This document shows positions 41,305 to 52,398 of a stretch of 64,000 nt of DNA, piece by piece; the stretch's first letter is position 1, and each line of letters starts with the position of its first letter. Source of the stretch: Trichormus sp. ATA11-4-KO1 (lineage in GTDB: Bacteria; Cyanobacteriota; Cyanobacteriia; Cyanobacteriales; Nostocaceae); the NCBI GenBank assembly GCA_019358915.1, contig JAHHIM010000002.1, forward strand, positions 32,001 to 96,000, given 5' to 3'. The notes below the pieces were generated by a model that worked only from the letters and a program-made list of their open reading frames with translations, was not told the origin of the DNA and ran no database searches. The position numbers and the translations under genes are program-made.

Positions 41305-41420
41305 GAAATCTCACGCAAAGACAAGGCAGCGCAATCTTGGTGGTTTCCCTCATAAGCGACTGCCACGCCAAAGCACAGAGTTATTGAGTGTTTTGTTTTG
41401 GTCTCTAAGCGTGAGATTTT
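41305..41420. repeat. Composite SDR/mini-repeat after hemB
   Basis: AAATCTCACGC…GCGTGAGATTT arms enclose a GGCAGCGC…GCGACTGCC palindrome. Confidence 0.6.
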
Positions 41421-41494
41421 TGTGTTTTTGCAGGTTTACTAAAGTGTCAGTTTTGACATTAAAAGAAGATTGACAGAGTACTGTGGGGGATCTG

Positions 41495-41606
41495 AAGATT
41501 CTATTTTTGTTCGTTCATCGATTCGCACTAAAAACACAGGCAAATACATTTTAGTAGTCCAAAAACTTAAGATAAACAACGTTTTCAATTGTTCGACAGT
41601 AGGCGT
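41495..41606 (-). pseudogene. Probable DUF6888-like gene remnant
   Basis: (T)PTVEQLKTLFILSFWTTKMYLPVFLVRIDERT resembles the recalled DUF6888 N-terminus; start codon reads ACG; similarity ends after DERT. Confidence 0.5.
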
Positions 41607-41861
41607 ATTTAAATTATTGCTACAATATATTTTTTGCTCTGGCGTGACTTCAATCAGCTGGAAATCTTTCAACTGTGAAGTTACATAAACATATTTTATG
41701 CAGATTACCTCCGTGATAATACAGAAATAGGGGATTTCCTAGTTTGTCAGAAAAGCAAGCGATCGCTTATAAAAGAGATAGTTAATAAATTTTTGGTGAT
41801 TGACGTTAATTGTCAATTGATTTAAAAAATAAATTTTAATATTTCAAGTGGAGCATGAGAT

Positions 41862-42152
41862 ATGAATATGCAAGTCTTGAGAGAGCGTGCGGGGCTTAGC
41901 CGTGCAGAGGTTGCCTTCAGGCTTGCAATCAGTGAAACCAGTGTTCGCAACTGGGAAGCTGGGCGTACCGAACCCACAATGACACCAAAAAAATATTTAG
42001 ATGCTTTGCGTCTATTTAAATGTACACCTGAAGAATTGGCAGCAGCTAGCGAAAAGTCGATTAATCAGCAACAAAAACGCAAACCAGGAAGACCCAAACG
42101 TTTCCCAGATAATCGGGTAACTCAAGTAACAGATTCGCCAGTTTGTAGTTGA
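41862..42152 (+). CDS. XRE-family HTH regulator with a C-terminal AT-hook-like motif
   Basis: LRERAGLSRAEVAFRLAISETSVRNWEAGRTEP; tail KRKPGRPKR. Confidence 0.85.
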   Translation: MNMQVLRERAGLSRAEVAFRLAISETSVRNWEAGRTEPTMTPKKYLDALRLFKCTPEELAAASEKSINQQQKRKPGRPKRFPDNRVTQVTDSPVCS

Positions 42153-42381
42153 TTGTCAGCCCATGATTTTTTCGCCCTCTTCATCGAGTACAGAATATTT
42201 ACGGTTGTTTTTGGCTTGGGAAAACCGCAAGAACAAGGGATAATCCTTTTACAACTCGTCGTGTATCTGCACCAAGAGCAATATCTGGTAAAAACCAATT
42301 TCTAACTAGTGCGATCGCTCACGATATTTGCCACGGTGGCGCGATAAGATTCTAAAACAATAGTCGTACTATAAGGTCTAC

Positions 42382-43365
42382 ATGGCAGAAACACTATTCT
42401 TTAACGCTTTGCGGGAAGCCATTGATGAAGAAATGGCGCGTGATTCCAGTGTATTTGTTCTTGGTGAAGACGTAGGACACTACGGCGGTTCCTACAAAGT
42501 TACTAAAGACCTATACAAAAAGTATGGCGAACTCCGAGTTCTCGATACCCCCATTGCCGAAAACAGCTTTACTGGTATGGCGGTGGGAGCAGCAATGACT
42601 GGGTTACGACCGATAATTGAAGGCATGAACATGGGCTTTTTGCTCCTGGCCTTTAATCAAATATCCAACAATGCTGGAATGCTGCGTTACACTTCCGGCG
42701 GTAACTTTAAAATTCCTATGGTAATTCGTGGACCTGGCGGTGTAGGTAGACAGCTAGGGGCAGAACATTCTCAAAGACTAGAAGCTTACTTTCAAGCAGT
42801 TCCTGGGTTGAAAATTGTTGCCTGCTCTACACCTTACAACGCCAAAGGACTACTAAAATCAGCTATTCGCGACAATAACCCGGTGTTATTCTTTGAACAC
42901 GTTCTGCTTTACAACTTAAAAGAAGACCTGCCAGCAGAAGAGTATCTACTGCCTTTGGATAAAGCAGAAGTTGTGCGTCGAGGCAAAGATGTAACAATTC
43001 TTACTTACTCACGGATGCGCCATCATGTATTGCAAGCCGTGAAAACTTTAGAAAAACAAGGTTATGACCCTGAAGTAATTGATTTAATATCACTCAAGCC
43101 CCTAGATTTTGACACCATTGGTGCATCCATACGCAAAACCCATCGAGTAATTATCGTGGAAGAATGTATGAGAACCGGGGGTATTGGCGCAGAATTAACC
43201 GCCTCAATTAATGACCGCTTATTTGATGAATTGGATGCGCCAGTACTGCGGCTTTCTTCCCAAGATATTCCCACACCTTATAACGGTAATCTGGAACGAC
43301 TGACAATTGTCCAACCAGAGCAAATAGTGGAAGCTGTGGAAAAAATGGTCGCGATGCGAGTTTAG
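42382..43365 (+). CDS. pdhB: Pyruvate dehydrogenase E1 beta subunit
   Basis: GEDVG, DTPIAE and GAEHSQ motifs. Confidence 0.96.
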   Translation: MAETLFFNALREAIDEEMARDSSVFVLGEDVGHYGGSYKVTKDLYKKYGELRVLDTPIAENSFTGMAVGAAMTGLRPIIEGMNMGFLLLAFNQISNNAGMLRYTSGGNFKIPMVIRGPGGVGRQLGAEHSQRLEAYFQAVPGLKIVACSTPYNAKGLLKSAIRDNNPVLFFEHVLLYNLKEDLPAEEYLLPLDKAEVVRRGKDVTILTYSRMRHHVLQAVKTLEKQGYDPEVIDLISLKPLDFDTIGASIRKTHRVIIVEECMRTGGIGAELTASINDRLFDELDAPVLRLSSQDIPTPYNGNLERLTIVQPEQIVEAVEKMVAMRV

Positions 43366-43531
43366 TTACGGGGGAGTAGGAGAGTAGGGGAGCAGGGGAG
43401 CAGGGGAGAGTAATTATAAGTTCTTTCACCTCAGCCCCTCAGCCTCTTTTTCCCAATGCCCACTCCCCACTCCCCATTCATAACTCTGGCAAAGAGCGCT
43501 ATCATAGCCTTTGTCAGATGCGAGTTATGGT

Positions 43532-44944
43532 ATGCAAAGACAGCGATCGCTATTAGCCTTGATATTTGTTCTGCTCATCGCCGCAATAGCGGTGATTGTC
43601 ACAATTCCTGTACCCTTGGGGCTGGATTTACGGGGAGGCTCACAGCTTACAATTCAGGTGCAACCAGCACCAGGAATGAATAACATCACTGAACGAGATT
43701 TGGCAGGTGTTCAGAAGGTCGTTGAAGGACGAGTTAACGGCCTAGGCGTTTCGGAACCAGTGATCCAAACTGTGGGTACAGATAAAATTCTAGTACAGTT
43801 ACCAGGGGTCAACGATCCAGAACAAGCAGAACGGGTGCTGGGTGGGACAGCACAGTTAGAGTTCCGCCAACAAAAGCCTGGTACAGAAACTCAGTTGTTT
43901 GCTTTTCAAGCTTCACGAGCCGAACTGAGAGCAAAGCAGGAAGAATTGAGAAACAGCGACGACAAAGCATTAATTACGAAGAATCAAGAAGATTTACAAC
44001 AAAATAATCAAGCGATCGCTGAATTGTTTGCCAGCACTGACCCACCACTTGATGGCAAATACCTCCAGGATGCCTATGGTGAACCCACTCAAAGTCAAAA
44101 TTGGAATGTTGCTATTCGCTTTGATCAAAAGGGTGGGGAACTGTTTGCCAATCTGACAAAAAATCTTGCAGGTACTGGTCGCAGCATTGGCATTTTTTTA
44201 GATAATGAATTAATTAGCGCTCCCGTAGTGGGACCAGAATTTGCAGCAACTGGAATCACTGGTGGTGCTGCCGTGATTACGGGTCGGTTTACTCCCCAAG
44301 AAGCCAACGACTTAGGTGTGCAGTTGCGTGGCGGTGCGTTACCCGTACCAGTAGAAATTGTGGAAATCCGTACTCTTGGGGCAACCTTAGGTCAAGATAG
44401 CATTACTAGCAGTATCTATGCCGGCATCGGTGGTCTGGCCTTAGTATTAATATTTATGGTGGTGTACTATAGATTACCAGGGCTAATTGCGGATGTATCA
44501 TTGGTAATCTATGCCCTACTGACTTGGGCTAGCTTTGCTTTGTTGGGTGTCACCCTAACCTTGCCAGGAATTGCCGGTTTTATCCTCAGTATTGGGATGG
44601 CAGTGGATGCAAATGTGCTAATTTTTGAACGGACGCGGGAAGAGTTACAAGCAGGCAAATCCCTCTATCGTTCTGTAGAATCAGGCTTTTACCGGGCCTT
44701 TTCCAGTATTTTAGACGGCAACGTCACCACAGTTATTGCCTGTGCCGCACTATTCTGGCTAGGAGCCGGTTTGGTCAAAGGCTTTGCCCTAACTTTGGGT
44801 TTGGGCGTAGTCGTGAGTATGTTTACCGCTATTACCTGTAGTCGCAGTTTAATGTTTTTGGCAATTACAATTCCCACTTTCCGGAAACCACAACTTTTCT
44901 GTCCAAACCTGCCAACATCAAATAAGGCAGAGGTGGCTCGATGA
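43532..44944 (+). CDS. secD: Protein translocase subunit SecD
   Basis: [15 protein letters not shown] and [14 protein letters not shown] motifs. Confidence 0.96.
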   Translation: MQRQRSLLALIFVLLIAAIAVIVTIPVPLGLDLRGGSQLTIQVQPAPGMNNITERDLAGVQKVVEGRVNGLGVSEPVIQTVGTDKILVQLPGVNDPEQAERVLGGTAQLEFRQQKPGTETQLFAFQASRAELRAKQEELRNSDDKALITKNQEDLQQNNQAIAELFASTDPPLDGKYLQDAYGEPTQSQNWNVAIRFDQKGGELFANLTKNLAGTGRSIGIFLDNELISAPVVGPEFAATGITGGAAVITGRFTPQEANDLGVQLRGGALPVPVEIVEIRTLGATLGQDSITSSIYAGIGGLALVLIFMVVYYRLPGLIADVSLVIYALLTWASFALLGVTLTLPGIAGFILSIGMAVDANVLIFERTREELQAGKSLYRSVESGFYRAFSSILDGNVTTVIACAALFWLGAGLVKGFALTLGLGVVVSMFTAITCSRSLMFLAITIPTFRKPQLFCPNLPTSNKAEVAR

Positions 44945-45936
44945 AACTGAGTATAAATAAATCGCGATCGCTGTGGTGGCTGATTTCTTGTGCCATCATC
45001 CTCCCTGGTATCATCTCAATGGCGATTTCTTGGCAAAACCCCAGCATCAAAGCACCCCTACGCCCCAGCTTGGATTTTGTCGGTGGTACACGATTGCAGT
45101 TTGAACTAGATTGTAGCCAACCAGGTAACTGCGATCAGCCAATTGATATCAATGTCGTTCGGGAAGTAGCTAAAGCTGAAGGATTAGGGGATAGCAGCAT
45201 TCAAATTGTTGCTGACAGAGAGACAGGTGCAGAAACTGGTATATTAATTCGCACAAAAAATCTGGCACGCGAACAACGTGTGAATTTACAAGCTGCCTTA
45301 AGTGAAAAAGTTGGTACTTTTGACGAACAAAAAAACCAAATTGACACGGTTGGCCCTACCCTAGGACGAGAGTTATTTACTTCTGGTGTTATTGCCCTGA
45401 TCGTTTCTTTCATCGGCATCATTGTTTACTTAAGCTTCCGCTTCCAGTTGGACTATGCCGTATTTGCCATCATCGCTATATTCCACGATGTGTTTGTCAC
45501 GGCAGGAATATTCTCTATTTTGGGTCTGTTACTGGGCATTGAAGTAGACAGTCTCTTCATTGTTGCCCTGTTGACGATTACAGGTTTTTCGGTCAACGAT
45601 ACCGTAGTAATTTATGATCGCATTCGGGAAACCATCAAAACCAACCCTAATCGCCCGATTGCGGAAATTGTGGATGATGCGGTCAACCAAACCTTGGGAC
45701 GGTCTATCAACACAACCTTGACTACCATGCTGCCATTGTTTGCTATCTATTTGCTTGGCGGCGAAACCCTGAAAAACTTTGCGTTAGCTTTAATTATTGG
45801 CTTCATTGCGGGAGCTTATTCCAGTATTTTCATCGCCAGTACTCTGTTAACTTGGTGGCGAGAACGTACAGGTCAATCAATGTTGGTAGAAAGTGCTGAA
45901 ACGATTGATACATCTGCTAGTTCCCAAGATAGTTAA
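44941..45936 (+). CDS. secF: Protein translocase subunit SecF
   Basis: DFVGG, HDV and [16 protein letters not shown] motifs; ATGA overlap with secD. Confidence 0.96.
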   Translation: MKLSINKSRSLWWLISCAIILPGIISMAISWQNPSIKAPLRPSLDFVGGTRLQFELDCSQPGNCDQPIDINVVREVAKAEGLGDSSIQIVADRETGAETGILIRTKNLAREQRVNLQAALSEKVGTFDEQKNQIDTVGPTLGRELFTSGVIALIVSFIGIIVYLSFRFQLDYAVFAIIAIFHDVFVTAGIFSILGLLLGIEVDSLFIVALLTITGFSVNDTVVIYDRIRETIKTNPNRPIAEIVDDAVNQTLGRSINTTLTTMLPLFAIYLLGGETLKNFALALIIGFIAGAYSSIFIASTLLTWWRERTGQSMLVESAETIDTSASSQDS

Positions 45937-46008
45937 GCTATCCTTGGATTTCATAAATTGAGTTCAAGCATTTTGCGAATTGCAGACGCCTGGTAATTTT
46001 ATTTCTCT

Positions 46009-46422
46009 ATGGATCAACCGGAAAAACCATCAATAACTGGCAACAATTCTCAACACACTGACCCATCTTTTAGGCAACAAGTACAAAAGCTACATCAATT
46101 AACCGTATACGGCAGGTGGTTATTTGTCGGCTGTTTATGGCTCACAATTGCACCTGTTTGTTTGTGGTATCTACGTGCAGAAATTGCTCTTTGGCGACAA
46201 TATTTTACCTGGGTAGCATTAAGATACGGACTATTTTATCATCCACTGTCTACCCTGGGTTTAGCTTTTTGTATTGGTATGACCGTTTCTACTTTAGTTT
46301 GGCAAAGCCGAAATATTCTTTTGGGATTACCAGAACAAGAAAAGCAACGTTTAGAAAAACAAGTTTTTCGGATTAGGCAACAAGGTCCAACTCATCCTCT
46401 GTGGAAGTGGATTTGTCATTAA
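46009..46422 (+). CDS. Conserved cyanobacterial membrane hypothetical protein
   Basis: Two hydrophobic segments; C-terminal QGPTHPLWKW. Confidence 0.7.
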   Translation: MDQPEKPSITGNNSQHTDPSFRQQVQKLHQLTVYGRWLFVGCLWLTIAPVCLWYLRAEIALWRQYFTWVALRYGLFYHPLSTLGLAFCIGMTVSTLVWQSRNILLGLPEQEKQRLEKQVFRIRQQGPTHPLWKWICH

Positions 46423-46532
46423 ATAATGACAAATCCGGTTTTAAAAGTTGCATAAATATATACGTGTTTAACACTTTCTAGCACAATATGATTTGATGAC
46501 AGCAAAGATCCTGCCAAATAGGGGTGCAATAC

Positions 46533-47003
46533 ATGAACCATCCTCAGATTCGATTTAGCGATCGCCAGTCTGAAATAGACCTTTATCAACTCCAAGATTT
46601 ATTAAATGTTGCGGCTTTTTGGGCAAAAGGGCGTAGTATCGAAGACTTAGGCATAGCCATTGCCAACAGTGACCCAGTAATTACTATTTGTGATCAAGAA
46701 CGTCTGATTGGTTTTGCCAGAGCAACTTCTGATGGCATCTATCGCGCCACAATCTGGGATGTCGTGATTCACCCAGAGTATCGTGGTCTTGGTTTGGGAA
46801 GCAAGTTAGTGGAAACGGTGTTGAATCATCCCCGTGTCAAATGTGTTGAACGCGTGTACCTGATGACCACTCATCAGCAAGAGTTTTATGAGAAAATTGG
46901 TTTTCAACCTAATGCCAGTACCACAATGGTGCTACACAATCAATTCCATCTTGATACGCTTCCTATCAATGAAATCCTACTTCAGGAATCACTAGGGGCA
47001 TAG
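46533..47003 (+). CDS. GNAT family acetyltransferase
   Basis: [25 protein letters not shown] and FYEKIGF motifs. Confidence 0.9.
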   Translation: MNHPQIRFSDRQSEIDLYQLQDLLNVAAFWAKGRSIEDLGIAIANSDPVITICDQERLIGFARATSDGIYRATIWDVVIHPEYRGLGLGSKLVETVLNHPRVKCVERVYLMTTHQQEFYEKIGFQPNASTTMVLHNQFHLDTLPINEILLQESLGA

Positions 47004-47886
47004 ATACTTGTAACCTAGTAAATTGCTCAGTTGTTTCCTCAGTGATTGGAGATGAAACGATTTCCAGTTTACCTCCCATTACCTCTAGTAGCGTTTGATT
47101 GAGTAATAATTTCATTCCTGGTGAAAGAGTCGTGTGATCTTGATCAGCCTGAGCAAGTTTGGCTTCAGATTTGATCCAATCAATCGACTCACTCATAGTT
47201 AAAGCATGGGTAGGCACATCCAGGCAAATATGAAGAATCTCACTTGTAAGTGAAGAACTACTGGAAATACAGATGCTGCCTTCCTGCATCTGAGCAATGG
47301 TAGTATCTACTAAATTTATCAATATTTGACGTAGCCAACGATGATCTGTCAAAACATAAGTTTCTGGATCAGGAAGCAAAACACGTAAAGGAAAATTGCG
47401 ATTTGCTGCCAGCATATAAGTTAAATTATTAACTTCCTGTAAAATATCCGCGAGGCAATGGGGCTGAATATCTAATTTATTAGTACCATGTTCTGTTCTG
47501 GCAATGTTGAGTATTTCATCAATCAGATGTAATAGTTTCAATGCTCGTTCGTGAGCTTGGGCAATAAATTCTCGCTCTTCCTCTGGATTTTCACACAGAT
47601 CCGATAAAATTAACTGATGCAAGCCAATCAAACCATTGAGAGGCGATCGCAATTCATGGGTAGTCCGCGCCAAAAAACCCGCTTTAAACTGGCTCATTTC
47701 CTGTGCCATTTGGTAAGCCAGTTGCGTCTGCTTGATTTGTTGTCGGAGTTGTGATATCTGCTGTGAATCTGCTGATTTTACTAAAGATGAGTTAGAATCC
47801 GTGTTGGCAGACCCGGCAAATATCCCCCGAAAAACCATTCCTAGTATTAGTCCTACTCCTAAATATACCCAGTTGCTCCAATGCAT
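46966..47886 (-). CDS. hepN: Sensor histidine kinase-like protein (HepN-like)
   Basis: N-terminal TM; H-box THELRSPLNG; gene order tsaC-prmC-tic22 as recalled for Nostoc. Confidence 0.7.
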   Translation of the reverse strand: MHWSNWVYLGVGLILGMVFRGIFAGSANTDSNSSLVKSADSQQISQLRQQIKQTQLAYQMAQEMSQFKAGFLARTTHELRSPLNGLIGLHQLILSDLCENPEEEREFIAQAHERALKLLHLIDEILNIARTEHGTNKLDIQPHCLADILQEVNNLTYMLAANRNFPLRVLLPDPETYVLTDHRWLRQILINLVDTTIAQMQEGSICISSSSSLTSEILHICLDVPTHALTMSESIDWIKSEAKLAQADQDHTTLSPGMKLLLNQTLLEVMGGKLEIVSSPITEETTEQFTRLQVSMPLVIPEVGFH

Positions 47887-48051
47887 AATTTGGCAATTAT
47901 TAACTTGTTAATTAACCACAATGGTGGAAAATAAATTTCCAGATTTTCTATTTACTTAATTTGAGTTTGTGAAGTTGAATCAAGCAAACGGGAGTTTTTG
48001 AACCCAGGCAGGCAACATTATAACTATATCTATTTACTTAGTCGGTGCGGA

Positions 48052-48642
48052 CTAAATATTTAATTTCACTGCACCTTGACGCAAAATTTGCCAACTCGTT
48101 CCCGTCCATTTGCTAACGGTGGAAGGTATACCAATACCTAATATTTTGTTGTTAAATTCTGTTGGTTTTAGAGTCAGAACTTCAGGGAACTGAGCCGCAA
48201 TTTCTTCTAACCTTTGTAAGGGCGGCTGACCTGAGAAATTGGCACTGGTAGTGGCAAGCGGGCCTGTTTGCGTCAAAATAGTTTGGGCGATCGCACTTTT
48301 AGGCACTCGGATGCCAATGGTTGTCGGATCAGAAGGATTAATCTGTTTTGGCAAGCAATCGCTGGCGGGTAAAACCAATGTCAGCGCTCCCGGCCAATAT
48401 CTGCTTCCTACTTCCTGCCAAATTTGATACTCATTTTCACTACCTTTAACATAAGGCCACAAATCCTCTGCACTAGCTGCCATCAAAATCAAAGGTTTAT
48501 CCTGACTGCGCTGTTTAGCCTCAAAAATCAATCCTGCCTTTTCTGGTAGGGCAGCCAGTGCAGGGACAGTATCTGTAGGAAAGCTTACTAATAAACCAGC
48601 GCGCGCGCCAGCTATCAGGTCAACTAGAGAAACTAAGGTCAT
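48052..48642 (-). CDS. tsaC: L-threonylcarbamoyladenylate synthase
   Basis: FPTDTV, KQR…KPL, WPGALTL, IGIRVP and TTSANFSG motifs. Confidence 0.92.
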   Translation of the reverse strand: MTLVSLVDLIAGARAGLLVSFPTDTVPALAALPEKAGLIFEAKQRSQDKPLILMAASAEDLWPYVKGSENEYQIWQEVGSRYWPGALTLVLPASDCLPKQINPSDPTTIGIRVPKSAIAQTILTQTGPLATTSANFSGQPPLQRLEEIAAQFPEVLTLKPTEFNNKILGIGIPSTVSKWTGTSWQILRQGAVKLNI

Positions 48643-48705
48643 GTTTACACAGTGAAATGGAAGCAGGGGAAAATAGGAAAAAACTCTTTACTCAGCACTC
48701 AGCAC

Positions 48706-49623
48706 TCAGCACTTAACATAGGCTACAGCAAAGCGTTCAATCCCTGCTAAATCCGCATGAATTTGCATATTGTAGTAACTACCTTGCTGTTGTAAAAGTG
48801 CTTTGACTGCATCCGCCTGCCCTGCCATCATCTCAATTAGCCACACACCATCAGGGCGCAAATAACGAGGAGAGATTTCTATCAACTGGCGAATACAATC
48901 CAAGCCATCAGTACCACCATCTAAAGCTAGATGTGGTTCATGTTTAACTACTTCCGGTTGCAGGGTAGCCACGGTATTGGTGGGAATATAAGGTGGGTTA
49001 GAAACCATGCCACTGAACTGACCTTTCAAGGATGCTAGCGGCTCCCACCAGGAACCTTGATAAAATTGAATTTGGTTGTCCAGTCCCAAATTACGAGCAT
49101 TGATTTGAGCGATCGCTAAAGCTTCTGAACTATAATCAACTGCATGAATTGTGGCATTTGGCAAGGCTGCTGCTAATCCTAAAGCGATCGCTCCACTACC
49201 TGTTCCCAAGTCTACCCAATTGCCTGACTGTAAAGCTAGGGCTGCCTCACCTTCAGTAGCAGCAGCCACAGCTAAATCAATCAAATACTCAGTTTCTGGT
49301 CTGGGAATCAAAACAGCACTTGACACTGCGATTTTAAACTGTCGCCAAGGCGTAACTCCAGCAATGTACTGCACTGGTAAGCGTTCATCTAATCGCCTTT
49401 GCCACAACAGGTCTAAATCTTCTAAAGGCATCCCTATTTGAATCTGAGGCCAGTCTTTAAAAGATTCTAAACGCAGCGCCAAGCGGTCTAATCCAGTTAC
49501 TTCTAGCAACAACCAATCTACCTCAGTTGGTGATATGTCAGAGGTTTTGGCAGATGCGATCGCTTGATTGCGCCACTGCCAAAGCTGTAAACCGGAAACT
49601 GCCAAACGCTGTTTGTCTACCAT
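48706..49623 (-). CDS. prmC: Release factor glutamine methyltransferase
   Basis: LIPRPETE, DLGTGSG and SNPPY motifs. Confidence 0.95.
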   Translation of the reverse strand: MVDKQRLAVSGLQLWQWRNQAIASAKTSDISPTEVDWLLLEVTGLDRLALRLESFKDWPQIQIGMPLEDLDLLWQRRLDERLPVQYIAGVTPWRQFKIAVSSAVLIPRPETEYLIDLAVAAATEGEAALALQSGNWVDLGTGSGAIALGLAAALPNATIHAVDYSSEALAIAQINARNLGLDNQIQFYQGSWWEPLASLKGQFSGMVSNPPYIPTNTVATLQPEVVKHEPHLALDGGTDGLDCIRQLIEISPRYLRPDGVWLIEMMAGQADAVKALLQQQGSYYNMQIHADLAGIERFAVAYVKC

Positions 49624-49626
49624 TCC

Positions 49627-50439
49627 TTAACGTTGCTGAGGTCGGGCTGGTGGAGTTTTGGGTGCGTTATTTCCCTGTTGCGTGCTAATGTATTCAATAC
49701 TCTCTGATGGTGGCATTAAGACAACTTTGTCTAGCCAGGGATCATTTTTATCCCGCAAAGTTTTAATTATCCAATCTATATCTACGACCTCAATTTTAGC
49801 CTTGGGGTCTATTGGTTTCAACTGCTTCAATGCACTTTCTGCATCTCGCTGACTTAAATACATAGGAATAATTTCCTTCTTATCAAACTGCCGTTGTGCA
49901 GGATATAAAGTTCCTTTCTCTGATGACATGAGAAGAAAAACAGGCACACTCGGGAACTGTTGTACCTGTTGCCCGTTTTGGCGAAGTAATGCTAACGCCC
50001 CTTTAACATCCTGTTGTGCAGGTTGTAAGACAATCTGGGTTTGATCTGGTTTTTTAGATGTTTCTTTAATTGTCTGATAAACTAAACCCAAAGGAAGTGC
50101 TGTTACCCTTAGGCTTTTTACCATTTCCACTGTCTTTGGATCTTGACCCTTACTGTTCTGTATCTGCTGTTCCAAGAAGGACTTAGCTTCTTGTATATTC
50201 ATAAATACCATCTGTAAAAAAGCTGGTTTTTTTTCGTTTTGACCTTGAGGTGTGGTATTAAACACAGCTATTTGTGGTTGGTTGCCAACAGAAAATGAAA
50301 ATACAGGAACTTCATTCAATTTTTTTTCGATTTCTTGTTCTGACAAAGCCAGCACTGGGATATTCCCGACGAATAACGATCCCAACAAAGTACTCCCGAC
50401 CAGACCTAATGTTGCGCCCCAACGAACTAGTGCTTTCAT
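49627..50439 (-). CDS. tic22: Tic22 family periplasmic chaperone
   Basis: MKALVRWGATLGL signal, ALSEQEIEKKLNEVPVF and a second VPVF. Confidence 0.8.
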   Translation of the reverse strand: MKALVRWGATLGLVGSTLLGSLFVGNIPVLALSEQEIEKKLNEVPVFSFSVGNQPQIAVFNTTPQGQNEKKPAFLQMVFMNIQEAKSFLEQQIQNSKGQDPKTVEMVKSLRVTALPLGLVYQTIKETSKKPDQTQIVLQPAQQDVKGALALLRQNGQQVQQFPSVPVFLLMSSEKGTLYPAQRQFDKKEIIPMYLSQRDAESALKQLKPIDPKAKIEVVDIDWIIKTLRDKNDPWLDKVVLMPPSESIEYISTQQGNNAPKTPPARPQQR

Positions 50440-51111
50440 AATTGCTCCTCGCATCAATAATTAAATTAAGTCAGACAAACGGTTGGATTAGCACCACACT
50501 AACTAGTTTTAGTTATATAGCAATCCATTTAAAATGTGAAAAATTTGTTTTTGCGGTTCAATACTAACAATACAATGCTCAAAAAGCGATATTTTCCCAC
50601 CCTTGGGAGTTTTTATAGTATCGTCAGCACCGATTGACTCTGTTCAACTAGTTTTTTTCTCGATTTCGCTTTGGCTTTGTTATTCACTGCATAATACTGT
50701 GAATGCTTATTATAGTCTGCTCTTGCAGTGGCGAAAAATTACCCTGATAGTTGAGCATGTCAAAATTATCTGGTTGATTGACTTTCTCAAATATAGATGA
50801 AGTCACTGCATAATGAATTGTTCCATTTAAGGCTGTTTCAAAATCTGCTCAAATCTATACAAAACTCTATTCCGGGAGATTGTACTGTTTGGCGTAAAAT
50901 TTGTCTATAAACTCTTAAAAAAGCAACTTAAGAGCAGAGCAGCCAAAGTAGACAATACCGGAAAAATATATAATTTTAGATGTAAATTTACTTAAAAAAT
51001 ACTCAGTTAGCACCTAGCCTAAAATCTGGAAAATTTGAATTTCTTGATTAAGATTATAAGAAAAACTCATAAAATTGGGATGCTTACCGAGTTCTAACTT
51101 ATAGTTCAAAA

Positions 51112-51185
51112 TCGGGATGACAGGATTTGAACCTGCGGCATCCTGCTCCCAAAGCAGGCGCGCTACCAAGCTGCGCTACATCCCG
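51112..51185 (-). tRNA. trnP: tRNA-Pro (TGG)
   Basis: Reverse complement CGGGATGTAGCGCAGCTTGGTAGCGCGCCTGCTTTGGGAGCAGGATGCCGCAGGTTCAAATCCTGTCATCCCGA. Confidence 0.96.
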
Positions 51186-51410
51186 GATAAATTAATTGCT
51201 GATTGGGTTTTAAGCCTAACAGCAAATAAAACACACACACTTTCAAGGTAATTAGTAAAATTGAGATTATTTTCTCAATCACTAAACTTACCATAATAGT
51301 ATTTCTTTTACTATACCACGTTTAACATCTTTTGACTAGTCAATTTCCATCTTCCTATTCAGGCAAACAACAGCTTTCTCATAGCAAGCTGCTGTATTTA
51401 TTTTGATAAT

Positions 51411-51947
51411 TTAGTGAGGATACCAAAACATTCCTTTAATGCCTTCTGGATCTGACATGAAACCCATACTCCGGTAAAAATCTACAACATGAGGGTCAGC
51501 AAAGAGAGTAACGTTGCTAATCTCTTCACTTCTGAGTTTTTTGAGTACGTATTTCATCAGTGCTTTGCCTAATCCTTTTCCTTGAAAATCTGGATGGACT
51601 ACCACATCCCAGATAGTCGCATTAAATGCATGATCTGAGGTAGCACGAGCGAAACCAATAAGCCGCTTTTGGTTTCCTCGCACTTGCCACATAGAAGCTA
51701 CGAGAAAACTATGCTCAATGGCTTTTTTCACTTTTCTTAAGGGACGGCGAGACCAGCCAACTGCATCACAAAGTTCTTCTAGTTCATACAGGTCAATATC
51801 TCGCTCCGTGCTAAAAACGATGCGAGCCTCATTCATGCTGTTGGAGCTAGAGTCGCCAGCAGCAGAAGCCGTATGCTCGTCAAAAGAGGTTGTTTTAGTT
51901 GTTGCTACAGACTCAGGAGTATTAAACCAAGTTTTCCAAAAACCCAT
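51411..51947 (-). CDS. ycf52: GNAT acetyltransferase (Ycf52/NSI-like)
   Basis: [27 protein letters not shown] and [11 protein letters not shown] motifs. Confidence 0.8.
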   Translation of the reverse strand: MGFWKTWFNTPESVATTKTTSFDEHTASAAGDSSSNSMNEARIVFSTERDIDLYELEELCDAVGWSRRPLRKVKKAIEHSFLVASMWQVRGNQKRLIGFARATSDHAFNATIWDVVVHPDFQGKGLGKALMKYVLKKLRSEEISNVTLFADPHVVDFYRSMGFMSDPEGIKGMFWYPH

Positions 51948-52398
51948 GCCAACGTGGTTCGGGTAGTATAACTGAATTGGTTTCCACTCTCTTTGAGTGT
52001 TGATTCACGTTGCACAAAGCATATACCATAAGCAATCCCTATCACTTCAATTTTTTTGTGTGTTTTTGGGATTTTTAACGGCGATAGCCTTTCATGGCGT
52101 GTTTCACACCAATCATTTTCAACTTTAGCATTTTGTTGTGAATTGTATATAAGGTATTGGGGATTAGGTTCGGGGATTGGACATTGGGGAATAATTGGTC
52201 ACAAGCCTCTACAAGCTTCTATCTTTAGAATGTATGGATAGGTCAAAGAAAAAATTATGGGGAGAGCATTCAGTGCTAAACACAAGGCGTGATAATCTCA
52301 AACCGCGAATTTATTTTTAGAGGAGTTTCTCAGTCCCCACCCCAGTCCCTATTCCCTAGTCCCCTGGTGTCGAAAGCAAGCGAGTCTTACCCCCAACG

